From Gammaproteobacteria bacterium (GTDB taxonomy: Bacteria; Pseudomonadota; Gammaproteobacteria; Eutrophobiales; Eutrophobiaceae): a DNA stretch of 64,000 bases. Positions 20,068-31,480 of this stretch are shown one piece after another. The translations under genes were made by a program, and so were the position numbers. The stretch lies in assembly GCA_030829985.1 (NCBI GenBank), contig JAURNW010000035.1:4091-68090 (forward strand). The letters are read 5' to 3'. The notes under the pieces were generated by a model. The model did not search any database. It saw only the letters and a list, made by a program, of their open reading frames with translations, and was not told the DNA's origin. Each line of letters opens with the position of its first letter. Within the stretch, counting starts at the first letter, position 1.

Positions 20068-21147
20068 TTGAGTATGTCCGCTGAAGCCACATTAAAAAAC
20101 CCTTATAGCCTCTCGAAAGAACAGATTCCGCCTACAATTGTAGAACAGATCGATGCCGTCGAGCGCGCTAATTTAACCAAAAAAATCAAAGCGCAATTAA
20201 AACAGCAAAATGCTGTGGTTGTGGCGCATTACTATACTGAACCGGACTTACAAATCCTGGCTGATGAAACTGGCGGCTACGTCTCTGATTCCCTGGATAT
20301 GGCACGTTTTGGTCACGAGTCAGAAGCAGAAACGCTGGTCGTTTGTGGCGTTAAATTTATGGGCGAAACCGCCAAAATTCTAAATCCTGAAAAACGCATC
20401 TTGATGCCAGACTTAAACGCCAACTGTTCACTGGATCTGGGATGTCCGGAAGATAAATTTTCAGCTTTTTGTGATGCACACCCTGATCACGTTGTCGTGG
20501 TTTACGCCAACACCAGTGCTGCAGTTAAGGCAAGAGCCGACTGGATGGTTACTTCTGGCAGTGCTGTAGATGTCGTTAAACAACTGGCAAGTGAAGGCAA
20601 AAAGATTATCTGGGCCCCGGATAAATATCTAGGGGACTACGTACAACAAGAAACCGGCGCAGACATGCTGATCTGGCAAGGTGCTTGTATCGTACATGAA
20701 GAATTTAAAGCTCAAGAACTAGAGACGTTGCGCTCACACCATCCAGAGGCAAAGGTGCTGGTTCATCCGGAATCACCGGCAGCAGTTATTGCACAAGCCG
20801 ATTTAGTCGGTTCAACCACTGCCATTATCAAAGCAGTGACTGAAATGGATGCGACGAAATTTATCGTCGCGACCGATAAAGGCATCTTCCATAAGATGCA
20901 GCAAGCCGCACCAGAGAAAATATTGATTGAAGCACCAACAGCTGGCAAGAGTGCAACCTGTATTAGTTGTGCGCATTGTCCATGGATGGCGATGAATGGT
21001 CTGCGCAAATTATCTAAAGTATTGGAAACAGGTAAAAATGAAATCTTCGTAGAAGTTGAAATTGCTCGGCGAGCAAAACAATCCATTCAACGCTTACTCG
21101 ACTTTACCAGTAATAAATCCGCTACCAGCATGGCGAATGATGCTTAA
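20068..21147 (+). CDS. nadA: Quinolinate synthase A
   Basis: 359 aa, NadA fold with conserved Cys ligands. Confidence 0.9.
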   Translation: MSMSAEATLKNPYSLSKEQIPPTIVEQIDAVERANLTKKIKAQLKQQNAVVVAHYYTEPDLQILADETGGYVSDSLDMARFGHESEAETLVVCGVKFMGETAKILNPEKRILMPDLNANCSLDLGCPEDKFSAFCDAHPDHVVVVYANTSAAVKARADWMVTSGSAVDVVKQLASEGKKIIWAPDKYLGDYVQQETGADMLIWQGACIVHEEFKAQELETLRSHHPEAKVLVHPESPAAVIAQADLVGSTTAIIKAVTEMDATKFIVATDKGIFHKMQQAAPEKILIEAPTAGKSATCISCAHCPWMAMNGLRKLSKVLETGKNEIFVEVEIARRAKQSIQRLLDFTSNKSATSMANDA

Positions 21148-21158
21148 ACCAAGGGTTA

Positions 21159-21788
21159 TTGTTGTCCAGTAGTATTGTTTTCATTCATGGCCTGTGGATG
21201 AACGGCATAGATATGACTTTATTGCAAAACCGTTTTAAGAAAGCGGGTTATTCAAGTTCGCGGTTTCGTTATAAAAGCATAAATACCACGCCTGTCGATA
21301 ATGCGCACAAACTTGCCGAATACATTAACCAAATCGAATCCGATCAGATTCATTTTGTTTGTCACAGTCTGGGCGGACTGGTGCTTCGTCATTGTCTGAA
21401 TCTGCACCCCCTGGATAAGCCGGGCAACATTGTTATGTTAGGCACACCCAATCAAACCAGCATAGCTGCAAAAACCTTATCGAGTTGGCCCGGGGGCTCA
21501 TTATTGCTTGGCAAAAGCGTTGATAATGGTCTTCTTGGCCCTCTCCCGGCTTGGTCAGGTAAACAAAATATTGGTGTTGTGGCGGGAGATTTACGTTTGG
21601 GTATGGGCTTGATCATTCCCAACATTCCAACACCCAGTGATGGCACTGTATCTGTTGCGGAAACACGTTTAGCTGGGATGCGTGATCATATTACATTACA
21701 TGCATCGCATTTCGGTTTATTGCTTTCCAAAGAAACATTCATACAAGCCAAGCACTTTATTGAGCTGACAGAGTTTTTTCACACTTGA
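21159..21788 (+). CDS. Alpha/beta-hydrolase (lipase/esterase-like)
   Basis: Nucleophile elbow CHSLGG (a GxSxG variant). The start is a TTG and is uncertain; a second TTG lies at 21162. Confidence 0.7.
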   Translation: MLSSSIVFIHGLWMNGIDMTLLQNRFKKAGYSSSRFRYKSINTTPVDNAHKLAEYINQIESDQIHFVCHSLGGLVLRHCLNLHPLDKPGNIVMLGTPNQTSIAAKTLSSWPGGSLLLGKSVDNGLLGPLPAWSGKQNIGVVAGDLRLGMGLIIPNIPTPSDGTVSVAETRLAGMRDHITLHASHFGLLLSKETFIQAKHFIELTEFFHT

Positions 21789-21819
21789 TATTCAACGCCA
21801 GCTTGATTGGATCAAAAAA

Positions 21820-21851
21820 ACTGCCAAAAGATATCTAATAAATATTTGGCA
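21820..21851. terminator. Candidate bidirectional terminator hairpin between convergent genes
   Basis: CTGCCAAA...TTTGGCAG 8-bp arms with an internal AGATATCT palindrome, preceded by an A-run. Sits between the hydrolase (+) and ppk2 (-). Confidence 0.3.
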
Positions 21852-21902
21852 GCCCGCCAACAACAAACACAACTATAATCAAGCTTTATACTTAACTGTT
21901 AG

Positions 21903-22886
21903 CTATTTACGTCTTTTATCCGGATGCAAACTCTTGCCAAGGATATGGTCACTGGCAGACACAACATGACTACCTGAACCAACAATTAATGGGTCAGGTT
22001 GATGCACAACATGATGATTCTTGTCTGGATAAGGCAGATTCCATAGGAAATGCCTCATACAGTTCAAACGAGCGCGTTTCTTATCATCCGACTTGATAAT
22101 ATGCCAAGGCGCATCTGCAGTATCCGTATAAAAAAACATGGCCTCCTTTGCTTCCGTATAATCATCCCAACGATCAATAGAGGCCTTATCTATTGGTGAC
22201 AATTTCCATTGCTTAAGAGGATCGTCACCGCGAGCAGTAAAACGACGCGCCTGTTCTTCCCGCGTAATTGAAAACCAGTACTTAAACATTCGGATGCCAC
22301 TACGAACAAACATTTGTTCAAGATCAGGCGTCTGGCGCATAAATTCGAGATAATCATTAGGTTTACAAAAACCCATCACTCGCTCAACACCCGCTCGGTT
22401 GTACCAGGAACGATCAAATAGCACCATTTCACCAGCTGTGGGTAAGTTTTTAATATAACGTTGAAAATACCATTGCCCGCTTTCTGCTTCTGTCGGTTTT
22501 TCAAGCGCTACAACTCGCGCGCTACGTGGATTCAGATGTTCCATATAACGCTTTATTGTCCCTCCCTTACCCGCTGCATCTCGTCCTTCAAACAAAAGGA
22601 CGATTTTTTGACCCGTTTCTTTCACCCATTGCTGAGCCTTAAGCAACTCAACTTGCAAAATTGCTTTTTGTTTTTCATAAGCTGCTCTGCCCATTTTGCT
22701 ATGATAGGGATATTCTCCCGTTTCAAACCCCTTACGAATTGCTTGAGGATCATGGCGTTTCTCTGCGAGTTCATGTAGAACAGCGCCTGCACGTGAGCGA
22801 CTTGTGTTCTTTTTGTTTTTTACGTTTGTACTTTCTATGCTTTCACTGCTCAAAGCAACCTCGCTCTCTTTATTATCTTTTTCCAC
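21903..22886 (-). CDS. ppk2: Polyphosphate kinase 2 family protein (polyP:NMP/NDP phosphotransferase)
   Basis: Walker A GRDAAGKGG and the PPK2 core. Has an N-terminal Ser/Lys-rich extension of about 60 aa. Confidence 0.85.
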   Translation of the reverse strand: MEKDNKESEVALSSESIESTNVKNKKNTSRSRAGAVLHELAEKRHDPQAIRKGFETGEYPYHSKMGRAAYEKQKAILQVELLKAQQWVKETGQKIVLLFEGRDAAGKGGTIKRYMEHLNPRSARVVALEKPTEAESGQWYFQRYIKNLPTAGEMVLFDRSWYNRAGVERVMGFCKPNDYLEFMRQTPDLEQMFVRSGIRMFKYWFSITREEQARRFTARGDDPLKQWKLSPIDKASIDRWDDYTEAKEAMFFYTDTADAPWHIIKSDDKKRARLNCMRHFLWNLPYPDKNHHVVHQPDPLIVGSGSHVVSASDHILGKSLHPDKRRK

Positions 22887-23086
22887 AATCTGAGCCTCTT
22901 TCCACTTTATAAAACATCGATGGATTATATTCCGCCACTAAAATTGATAGTTTGATCTAAAACAAATACTTTAATCTTAAATATAAGTTTTATTCGGCTT
23001 TAGATCACTAGACGGGTCTTGGGCATATTCAACAGGAATGCTAGAATCTCTTTCCACAAAAACCTCATTCAGCACGGAATAAATCA

Positions 23087-23833
23087 ATGGCAGGTCATAG
23101 TAAATGGGCGAACATCCAACATCGCAAAGGCAAACAAGACGCTAAACGCGGGAAGCTATTTACCAAGCTCATTCGGGAGATAACGGTATCTGCAAAACTG
23201 GGCGGTGGCGATCCAGCGGCTAACCCAAGATTACGGGCAGCGATTGACAACGGTCTGTCTAACAACATGACCAGAGATACGATTGATCGCGCAGTTAGTC
23301 GCGGTGCTGGTGATAGCGATAGCGATAATGTAGAAGAACTTCGTTATGAAGGGTATGGGCCTGGCGGTGTTGCCGTTCTGGTCGAAACGATGACTGACAA
23401 CAAAAACCGAACGGTCTCTGAAGTTCGCCATGCCTTCTCCAAGCACGGAGGCAATCTCGGCACAGACGGTTCAGTTGCTTATCTATTCACCAAGGTCGGT
23501 CTAATCTCATTTACGAACGGACTTGATGAAGACGCTATCATGGAAGCCGCTCTGGAAGGCGGCGCGGAAGATATCGTGACAAACGCAGATAACTCGATTG
23601 ATGTTATAACTGAACCGGACAATTTTGTTGACGTAAAAGAAGCGCTGGTAAGTGCGGGATTTAAACCTGAGAATGCCGAGATCACTATGCGCGCAACGAC
23701 CACCAGCGAACTCGACAAAAAAGGGGCAGAAAGCATGTTAAAACTGTTAGACGTGCTAGAGGATCTTGATGATGTACAAAGAGTCTATTCTAATGCAGAT
23801 ATACCTGATGAAGTATTGGCAGAATTAAATTGA
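23087..23833 (+). CDS. yebC: YebC/PmpR-family DNA-binding regulator
   Basis: [15 protein letters not shown]... is the canonical N-terminus. Immediately upstream of ruvC. Confidence 0.9.
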   Translation: MAGHSKWANIQHRKGKQDAKRGKLFTKLIREITVSAKLGGGDPAANPRLRAAIDNGLSNNMTRDTIDRAVSRGAGDSDSDNVEELRYEGYGPGGVAVLVETMTDNKNRTVSEVRHAFSKHGGNLGTDGSVAYLFTKVGLISFTNGLDEDAIMEAALEGGAEDIVTNADNSIDVITEPDNFVDVKEALVSAGFKPENAEITMRATTTSELDKKGAESMLKLLDVLEDLDDVQRVYSNADIPDEVLAELN

Positions 23834-24348
23834 TAAGAATACTAGGTATTGACCCCGGCTCAATAAACACCGGCTTCGGTATCATTGACTCTAAAGGAAA
23901 CCATGCCAAACATATCGCCAGTGGCATTATAAAAATTAATGGTGAAACTCTGGCCGATAAATTAAAAACCATCCATCAAGGCATCACAAACGTCGTTAAT
24001 GAATATAATCCGGAAGAAATTTCAATCGAAAAAATATTTATGAATCGTAATGCTGATTCGGCAATCAAGCTTGGACAAGCGCGAGGCGTTGCCATTGCTG
24101 CCTGCGCTATACAAGATTTGCCCGTCTATGAATACACCGCCAATCAGGTTAAACAAGCCACTGTCGGTAAAGGCCATGCCGCTAAAGAACAGGTGCAACA
24201 TATGATCAAGATTCTGCTTTGTCTGGATAGGCAACCAAAGCCAGATGCAGCTGATGCCCTGGCAATAGCGCTATGTCATGCTAATTCGCGTGAAGGTTTG
24301 TTATGTATGCAAGGTGTTAGCGGCATTCGCTATGGACGGTTGCAATGA
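23830..24348 (+). CDS. ruvC: Holliday-junction resolvase RuvC
   Basis: 172 aa, [11 protein letters not shown]... Confidence 0.92.
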   Translation: MIRILGIDPGSINTGFGIIDSKGNHAKHIASGIIKINGETLADKLKTIHQGITNVVNEYNPEEISIEKIFMNRNADSAIKLGQARGVAIAACAIQDLPVYEYTANQVKQATVGKGHAAKEQVQHMIKILLCLDRQPKPDAADALAIALCHANSREGLLCMQGVSGIRYGRLQ

Positions 24349-24944
24349 TTGGGTTTCTTCGCGGAATCATTCTTAAAAAACAACCGCCACTTTTATTACT
24401 GGATGTGCAAGGCGTTGGTTATGAGGTCGAAGCACCTATGACCACTTTTTATGCTTTACCAGATATAAATAATGAAACTGAAATATTTACTCATTTGGTA
24501 GTACGAGATGATGCCCATCTATTGTTCGGATTTGCGACCGAAAACGAACGTCATTTATTTCGCACCTTAATCAAGGTCAATGGTGTAGGCGCCAAAATGG
24601 CATTAACGATACTGTCAGGTATTGAGGCAGATGAGTTTGCCCTCTGCATTCAAAACAACGACGCTGATCGACTTACCAGGCTACCGGGCGTAGGCAAAAA
24701 AACAGCGGAGCGCTTGATTATTGAGATGCGTGACAAGCTTGATGGGCTGCCAACAACAACCATTACGCGAAGCAGTAATAGTCCGAGCATCAAGAATGAT
24801 CCGGTAAACGAGGCAGTCAGCGCCTTGATTGGCTTAGGCTACAAACCGCCGGAAGCCAGCCGCTTTGTAATGGCCGTAGCCAATGACGACATGAGCAGTG
24901 AAGAATTAATACGTGAAGCTTTGAAAAATTCCGTTAGGAAATAA
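24345..24944 (+). CDS. ruvA: Holliday-junction helicase subunit RuvA
   Basis: 199 aa, MIGFLRG... HhH motifs. Confidence 0.92.
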   Translation: MIGFLRGIILKKQPPLLLLDVQGVGYEVEAPMTTFYALPDINNETEIFTHLVVRDDAHLLFGFATENERHLFRTLIKVNGVGAKMALTILSGIEADEFALCIQNNDADRLTRLPGVGKKTAERLIIEMRDKLDGLPTTTITRSSNSPSIKNDPVNEAVSALIGLGYKPPEASRFVMAVANDDMSSEELIREALKNSVRK

Positions 24945-25086
24945 TACTGGCTAAAGATGTTTTATCGAATAACCATCTGTAGATTGCCATTTTTCAGGCA
25001 TGACTTTGTCACATTTTAAGTTTTAAATAGAGATCATTAACCCCACTGGCGTAATGATACGTTTACAGGGAAAATAGGCACCCGAC

Positions 25087-26142
25087 ATGGTCGAACCCAA
25101 TGAAGTAATCTCACCCCAAAGTTCAGCAGATGATGCCGTAGCTGATAACGCTTTGCGTCCAAAACGTCTGCAAGATTATCTCGGTCAGGCATCCGTTCAT
25201 GAACAAATGGAAATATTTATTGGCGCAGCGAGACAACGTGCCGAATCACTCGATCATGTATTAATCTTTGGTCCTCCGGGTCTGGGCAAGACGACGCTGG
25301 CACATATCATCGCCAACGAGATGAACGTTAATATGCGCCAGACTTCTGGCCCGGTGCTCGAGCGCCCCGGCGATCTGGCTGCCTTGCTAACGAACCTCGA
25401 GCCAAATGATGTCCTCTTTATTGATGAAATCCATCGACTTAGCCCGGTAGTTGAGGAAGTTTTATATCCAGCCATGGAAGATTATCAAATCGATATCATG
25501 ATCGGCGAAGGGCCCGCTGCAAGAGCAATCAAACTAGATGTACCGCCCTTTACCCTGGTTGGCGCAACGACGCGCGCTGGCCTGTTAACCTCTCCTTTGC
25601 GGGATCGTTTTGGCATTGTGCAACGTCTTGAATTTTATTCAGCGCAGGAATTAAGCGAAATTGTCAGACGTTCAGCGGGCATACTTGAAGTTAAGATTGA
25701 TGATAAAGGTGCAGCGGAAATAGCAGCGCGTTCACGAGGAACACCACGTATAGCCAACCGTTTACTAAGACGAGTTCGTGATTATGCGCAGGTAAAAGCC
25801 GATGGTGATATAAACGGTGATATCTCTTCACGGGCGCTGGACATGCTTAATGTAGATGCGCATGGGTTTGATATGATGGACCGCAAGCTATTACTCGCTA
25901 TATTGCAAAAGTTTGACGGGGGGCCAGTTGGTGTAGATAGTCTTGCGGCGGCAATAAGCGAAGAACGTGACACCATAGAAGATGTGCTTGAGCCCTATTT
26001 GATTCAGCAAGGATTCTTAATGCGAACTGCAAGGGGCCGTATTGCAACACGAACAGCCTGGTTACATTTTGGTCTGGAAGTGCCTAAAGACTCACCTCAA
26101 CATTCAGATTTATTCAATGACATTGAAGAAGAAGGGCTCTAG
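25087..26142 (+). CDS. ruvB: Holliday-junction helicase subunit RuvB
   Basis: AAA+ Walker [10 protein letters not shown], 351 aa. Confidence 0.93.
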   Translation: MVEPNEVISPQSSADDAVADNALRPKRLQDYLGQASVHEQMEIFIGAARQRAESLDHVLIFGPPGLGKTTLAHIIANEMNVNMRQTSGPVLERPGDLAALLTNLEPNDVLFIDEIHRLSPVVEEVLYPAMEDYQIDIMIGEGPAARAIKLDVPPFTLVGATTRAGLLTSPLRDRFGIVQRLEFYSAQELSEIVRRSAGILEVKIDDKGAAEIAARSRGTPRIANRLLRRVRDYAQVKADGDINGDISSRALDMLNVDAHGFDMMDRKLLLAILQKFDGGPVGVDSLAAAISEERDTIEDVLEPYLIQQGFLMRTARGRIATRTAWLHFGLEVPKDSPQHSDLFNDIEEEGL

Positions 26143-26147
26143 ACCAA

Positions 26148-26558
26148 ATGCCCGCCGAATTTAACTGGCCGATTCGTGTCTATTATGAAGATACAGATGC
26201 TGCAGGCATCGTCTTTTATGCAAACTACCTGCGTTATATGGAACGTGCGCGAACTGAATGGTTACGGAGCATTGGTTATGAGCACGCTTTCCTCAAAAGC
26301 GAGCATGGAATATTATTCGCTGTTAAAAATATGGACATTGAATATATTAAACCAGCTCATCTCGATGAACTGTTAATGGTTACATCAGCTTTAAGAAAAA
26401 CGCGTGGAGCAAGTCTGGTATTTCAACAGACTATAAAAAATGATAAGGACGAACTACTTACCAGAGCAACCGTCAAAGTAGCTTGTCTTAATGCATCAAC
26501 ATTAAAGGCCTCGGCGATGCCGGAAGAATTACTTATGGAGTTTGCAAATGACAGCTGA
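26148..26558 (+). CDS. ybgC: Tol-Pal-associated acyl-CoA thioesterase
   Basis: Hotdog fold of the 4HBT family. Sits ahead of tolQ. Confidence 0.85.
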   Translation: MPAEFNWPIRVYYEDTDAAGIVFYANYLRYMERARTEWLRSIGYEHAFLKSEHGILFAVKNMDIEYIKPAHLDELLMVTSALRKTRGASLVFQQTIKNDKDELLTRATVKVACLNASTLKASAMPEELLMEFANDS

Positions 26559-27222
26559 TCATTCATTCATTGATTTAATCCTGAATGCCAGTGTTCTGGT
26601 TCAGTTAGTGATGTTAATCCTGATATTGGCATCGATAGTGTCGTGGACCATGATCTTTAATAAGCGTCTTTTGTTAAAACGTGCGAAGAGAGATGCTGAT
26701 GTGTTTGAAGAACGCTTTTGGTCGGTTGAAGATCTAAGTCCTTTATACACACGAATTACAGCAAAACGTTATGAACCAAGTGGTATGGAAAAAATATTCG
26801 AAGCAGGTTTCAAGGAGTTTGCTCGTTCACGCAATCAGGACAATATTGATCCGGAAAACATCGTTGAGAGTTCACAACGCGCTATGCGTATCGCCATGAA
26901 TAAAGAAATGGATCACCTTGAAACAAACCTTTCCTTTCTGGCAACTGTCGGTTCAACCAGTCCTTATATCGGTTTGTTCGGCACAGTATGGGGAATTATG
27001 AATAGCTTTCAAGCGCTGGGCACGGTGCAGCAGGCTACCATAGCGATGGTCGCCCCGGGCATCAGTGAAGCCTTGATTGCAACGGCAATGGGGTTGTTTG
27101 CTGCGATACCGGCTGTTATTGCATATAATCGTTACTCTTATGACGTTGAACGTTTGATCAATCGTTATGACAATTTTATGGAGGAGTTTGTATCAATTCT
27201 CCATCGACACGCACATTCATGA
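26542..27222 (+). CDS. tolQ: Tol-Pal system protein TolQ
   Basis: MotA/TolQ/ExbB family, 226 aa. Confidence 0.9.
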   Translation: MQMTADHSFIDLILNASVLVQLVMLILILASIVSWTMIFNKRLLLKRAKRDADVFEERFWSVEDLSPLYTRITAKRYEPSGMEKIFEAGFKEFARSRNQDNIDPENIVESSQRAMRIAMNKEMDHLETNLSFLATVGSTSPYIGLFGTVWGIMNSFQALGTVQQATIAMVAPGISEALIATAMGLFAAIPAVIAYNRYSYDVERLINRYDNFMEEFVSILHRHAHS

Positions 27223-27328
27223 AAGAAATGTATAGCGAAGCGAATTGTCACAAGAACCTCGATAAAATTGCGTTAATGCGTTACTCCGCAAATGGTTTTT
27301 CACCTAATACTATTCACATTCAGAGTAT

Positions 27329-27751
27329 ATGAGACAACGTATACGTAAACGCCCGATGTCCGAGATCAATGTTGTGCCCTACATTGATGTAATGCTGGTG
27401 CTGCTTATTATTTTTATGATCACTGCTCCATTATTAACCCAGGGCGTAAAAGTTGATCTGCCTCAGGCACCTTCATCACCACTACCACCCAATGATAAAG
27501 AGCCGGTCATTGTGAATGTTGATAAAGAGGGAAATTTTTTTATTAATTATGGTGAAAATCAGGACCAACCTGTTTCGGCGGATGTGCTGCTAAACCGAGT
27601 CAGCGCTTTATTAAAATACCAGCCCGGCATACCTGTTCTTGTCGGCGGTGATACCAATGTTGCTTATGGACAAGTTGTTCAAGTAATGACTTTACTGCAA
27701 CAGGCGGGCGCTCCCTCCGTGGGCATGATTACCGACCCTCCTGAAAAATAA
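27329..27751 (+). CDS. tolR: Tol-Pal system protein TolR
   Basis: Basic N-terminus followed by SEINVVPYIDVMLVLLIIF, the ExbD/TolR family signature. Confidence 0.9.
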   Translation: MRQRIRKRPMSEINVVPYIDVMLVLLIIFMITAPLLTQGVKVDLPQAPSSPLPPNDKEPVIVNVDKEGNFFINYGENQDQPVSADVLLNRVSALLKYQPGIPVLVGGDTNVAYGQVVQVMTLLQQAGAPSVGMITDPPEK

Positions 27752-27752
27752 T

Positions 27753-28637
27753 ATGCAAACAAACTGGTTTCTAACATCCCGATCATTGGCTTTATCTATT
27801 CTTTTGCATATCGCGTTAGGCGCAGTGTTGATCTTTAGTTTTCATTTCTCACCAAAGCCTACTCCACCGCCCAAACCAATGGTTAATATTGTTAAAGCTG
27901 TAGCGGTAGATAAGGAACAGGTCGATAAGGAACTTAATCGTTTAAAAGAACAGGACAATAAAAAAATAGAGGAAGAGTTAAAACGTCAGAAAGAACTTGA
28001 AAAGAAAGCAGCTGATGCCAGGTCGAAACGATTAGCTGAAGAAAAGAAACTCGCTGATATAACAAAGAAAAAAGAACTACAGGAAAAAAAGCGTAAAGAG
28101 GAAGAGGTCCGTATCAAGAAGTTAGAAAAAGAAAAAAAGGAACTTGAGAATAAGAAAAAAATCGAACAGGAACAACATAAAAAAGCAGAAGCGGAGCGCA
28201 AGAAACTGGAAACTGAAAAGAAAAAACAACTGGAAGAACAAAAAAAGAAAGACGCCGAACGTAAAAAGAAAGAGGAAGAAGAAAAGAAACGACTGGAACG
28301 CGAGAAGGCTATGCAGGAACAGCTTGATGCGGAACTGGCTGCTGAACAAGAACAACGTGATCAATCAATGCTGACAAAATATATTAGTTTGATTCAGAAT
28401 GACATTCAAAATAACTTTAATCGTCTTGGACTGCCCGAGGGCTTGTCTTGTGTCATCCTCATCAGGATGCTTGAAGGGGGTAAAGTTGTTGAAGCATCTA
28501 TTGTAAAATCCAGCGGCAATGATTTATTTGACCGCCGTGCTGAGACGGCTGTTTATTCTGCGTCACCGTTACCCGTGCCAGACGAGATTCGCTTATTTGA
28601 AAAAATGCGTAATATACGATTCACTTTTGAACCCTAG
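27753..28637 (+). CDS. tolA: Tol-Pal system protein TolA
   Basis: N-terminal transmembrane anchor, a long K/E-rich low-complexity helical domain, and a C-terminal TolA domain. Confidence 0.85.
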   Translation: MQTNWFLTSRSLALSILLHIALGAVLIFSFHFSPKPTPPPKPMVNIVKAVAVDKEQVDKELNRLKEQDNKKIEEELKRQKELEKKAADARSKRLAEEKKLADITKKKELQEKKRKEEEVRIKKLEKEKKELENKKKIEQEQHKKAEAERKKLETEKKKQLEEQKKKDAERKKKEEEEKKRLEREKAMQEQLDAELAAEQEQRDQSMLTKYISLIQNDIQNNFNRLGLPEGLSCVILIRMLEGGKVVEASIVKSSGNDLFDRRAETAVYSASPLPVPDEIRLFEKMRNIRFTFEP

Positions 28638-28652
28638 GATATTAATTGGACT

Positions 28653-29948
28653 ATGAAAGTCATTATTAAACTAATAATCGCCAGCTTGATGTTTGTATCG
28701 CTACAAACCCAGGCGGTACTCGACATCAAAATTTCTCAAGGTGTCGAGCAAGCTTTACCTATTGCGATTGTGCCTTTCAGCTGGTCACAAGCCGGCAACG
28801 TAGCGCCTATTGATCTCACCAGCATCATTTCAGCTGATTTGAAGCGTAGTGGTCGTTTCGATGTTATGGATGAAAAGGATCTGCCACAACGTCCGGCAGA
28901 TTTTGACGCCATAAACTTTGGTGATTGGCGCAAACTAGGCATGGAGAACTTGTTAATCGGTAATCTAAGCCTGACCAACTCCGGTGACTATGAAATAAGT
29001 TTTCGCTTGATTGATATCTATCGGGGAAAACAAATTGCGGGGTTTAGAATTCCTGCAAAACCTGATTTACTCAGACGTGTAGCACATCAGATAAGTGATA
29101 TCATTTTCGAAAAATTGACCGGGATTCCCGGGGCCTTTGATACCAGAGTTGCCTACATCACTGTTAAGAAAACAAAAAATAATAGAATTCATACTTTGCA
29201 AATTGCAGATGCCGATGGGTATAACGCACAGATCCTGCTTGAGTCACCCGAACCTTTGCTCTCCCCGGCGTGGTCTCCCGACGGCAAAAAAATCGCCTAC
29301 GTCTCTTTTGAGGCCAAAAACTCGGCGATTTATGTGCAAGATATTTTGACTGGAAAACGCGAACGGGTTTCTGCTTTTGAAGGCATTAACAGTGCACCGG
29401 CCTGGTCACCTGAAGGATCACGGCTTGCCATGACCTTATCTAAAGATGGGAACACTGAAATTTATGTAATGAGTCTGTTTTCCAAAACGCTACATCGGAT
29501 GACTAATCATGGCGGGATAGATACGGAACCAGCCTGGTCTCCGGATGGAAAAAAAATTGCTTTTACCTCTGATCGCAGTGGTGGCCCACAAATTTATGAG
29601 ATGGATATTCGCGGCGGTCAGCCCAAACGCGTTAGTTTTGAAGGAAAATACAATACGCGCCCAAACTACTCACCGGATGGCAAGTCGATCACCTTGGTGC
29701 ACGCAGTTAACGGTGCATACCGTATCGGTCTGCTTGATCTCAGCAGTGGTTATATAACGACATTAACTGATGCAAAACTGGATGAGTCACCCAGCTTTGC
29801 GCCAAATGGAGGCATGATCATTTATGCCACTACCGGCGTACGTGGCGCACAGTTAGCTGCTGTTTCTATTGATGGCCGTATACACCAACGTTTAGGTTTA
29901 CAAGAGGGTGATGTTCGCGAACCTGTGTGGGGTCCATTTTTAAAATAA
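28653..29948 (+). CDS. tolB: Tol-Pal system beta-propeller protein TolB
   Basis: 431 aa, repeated PxWSPDG blades. Confidence 0.93.
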   Translation: MKVIIKLIIASLMFVSLQTQAVLDIKISQGVEQALPIAIVPFSWSQAGNVAPIDLTSIISADLKRSGRFDVMDEKDLPQRPADFDAINFGDWRKLGMENLLIGNLSLTNSGDYEISFRLIDIYRGKQIAGFRIPAKPDLLRRVAHQISDIIFEKLTGIPGAFDTRVAYITVKKTKNNRIHTLQIADADGYNAQILLESPEPLLSPAWSPDGKKIAYVSFEAKNSAIYVQDILTGKRERVSAFEGINSAPAWSPEGSRLAMTLSKDGNTEIYVMSLFSKTLHRMTNHGGIDTEPAWSPDGKKIAFTSDRSGGPQIYEMDIRGGQPKRVSFEGKYNTRPNYSPDGKSITLVHAVNGAYRIGLLDLSSGYITTLTDAKLDESPSFAPNGGMIIYATTGVRGAQLAAVSIDGRIHQRLGLQEGDVREPVWGPFLK

Positions 29949-30036
29949 GGTCTTTGTATCTCTTATACAGAGTCACTTTTGAATGTTATGCTATTTAAAT
30001 AACAGCATCTTTAAAATGCTGAAAAGGAGAAAAAAT

Positions 30037-30570
30037 ATGTTCATGCGCTTTTTGTTAGTAATGAGTCTTACAGGCTTATTGTTTGGTTGTAGCTCAGATA
30101 AAGTCAAAGAAGACCAACCAGTTGCTGTTGAAGACTTGAGCAGTCAACGAACGGATGGAAGTGATGATAGCAATGCTCAGGCCTATGGCGCTGATGACAG
30201 CTCAACCTCAGGTTTCAGCCAACTGGATGATCCGCAAAGCCCGCTATCTGTTCGCGTTATATATTTCGAATATGATAGTAGCGAAATTAAAGCAGAATAC
30301 CGTGCAGCTGTAGAAGCACACGCTGCCTATCTAACCCAGAATTCCGGTACAACAGTCACACTTGAAGGACATGCTGATGAACGAGGCTCACGTGAATATA
30401 ATCTGGCACTCGGTGAACGCCGCGCACAATCAGTAAAACAACAAATGATGTTGTTGGGCGTTTCTTCCAGCCAAATTAGATTAGTTAGCTACGGCGAAGA
30501 ACGTCCTGCAGTTGATGGACATGATGAATCATCATGGGAACAGAATCGACGAGTTGAAATTTTGTATTAA
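30037..30570 (+). CDS. pal: Peptidoglycan-associated lipoprotein Pal
   Basis: Lipobox LLFGC, an OmpA-like C-terminal domain, and an AAGGAGA ribosome-binding site ahead of the ATG at 30037. Confidence 0.9.
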   Translation: MFMRFLLVMSLTGLLFGCSSDKVKEDQPVAVEDLSSQRTDGSDDSNAQAYGADDSSTSGFSQLDDPQSPLSVRVIYFEYDSSEIKAEYRAAVEAHAAYLTQNSGTTVTLEGHADERGSREYNLALGERRAQSVKQQMMLLGVSSSQIRLVSYGEERPAVDGHDESSWEQNRRVEILY

Positions 30571-30582
30571 GGAAAATTATTA

Positions 30583-31479
30583 ATGGTTTTTGCTATGCGA
30601 TTTATTATTTGTATTTTATGTAGTGCGTTTTTTAATAGCGCCTATGCGGAGAAAACCGGTGCTGCAGATAATAGTGCACCGGTCTATGAACCTGCAGCAC
30701 AAGATATCAATGGTCGTCTGGAGAGAGTCGAAAAGATTCTGAATAATCAGTCATTACTCAATATGCTGGAAATGCTGGAGTCTCTCAAGACAGAAGTCAA
30801 TTCACTCCGTGGTGAAATTGAAGTACAAACGCACACAATAGATCGGCTAAAACAAAAGCAGCGTGAACTATACACAGATATAGACCGCCGCTTGCAACGG
30901 CTAGAGAATAATAAATCAACTGCGCAATCAACAAACAGTGATCTGGAAGTACTGGAAACGACTGCCAATCAAGAAATAGTTGGCACTGAAACCCCTAGCG
31001 GTGAACAAGGCCTTGTTGTTGAAACCAGCAGCGAACTCACTACTGATAGCGATACTATTATTGAAGAAACAACGGCGGATCCGCTAAGAGCAGAAGCCGA
31101 TTACCAACGTGCATTCAAACTGCTTAAAGAATCACAATATGGCCAGGCACAAAAAGCATTTAAAGAATTTTTAAGCAATTATCCAGACACCGCCTATTCG
31201 GATAACGCACAATATTGGCTTGGTGAAACCAATTACGTGATGCAAAAGTATGATATTGCTATCAATGAGTATCAGACCTTGTTAAGAACGTATCCGGACA
31301 GTAAAAAAGTGTCTCATGCCCTATTAAAAATAGGTTATAGCTATGCCGAATTAGGTAACGCAACAGATGCAAAGAAAACACTGACAGAAGTTCTACAACA
31401 GTACCCCGGCACAACAGCCGCACGACTCGCTGATGAACGTTTACGAAAAATAAGCGCGGCGCAAGACTCAAACACGTGA
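30583..31479 (+). CDS. cpoB: Cell-division coordinator CpoB (YbgF), TPR protein
   Basis: Signal peptide, a coiled-coil, and C-terminal TPR repeats. Final gene of the tol-pal operon. Confidence 0.85.
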   Translation: MVFAMRFIICILCSAFFNSAYAEKTGAADNSAPVYEPAAQDINGRLERVEKILNNQSLLNMLEMLESLKTEVNSLRGEIEVQTHTIDRLKQKQRELYTDIDRRLQRLENNKSTAQSTNSDLEVLETTANQEIVGTETPSGEQGLVVETSSELTTDSDTIIEETTADPLRAEADYQRAFKLLKESQYGQAQKAFKEFLSNYPDTAYSDNAQYWLGETNYVMQKYDIAINEYQTLLRTYPDSKKVSHALLKIGYSYAELGNATDAKKTLTEVLQQYPGTTAARLADERLRKISAAQDSNT

Positions 31480-31480
31480 G

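Noticed and set aside
27986-28374. Overlapping ORFs in both orientations with poly-F/L/S or poly-K/R translations
   Set aside because: They lie inside the tolA K/E-rich low-complexity repeat region. They are frame artefacts of the repetitive AAG/GAA-rich sequence, not genes and not a CRISPR or tandem-repeat array.
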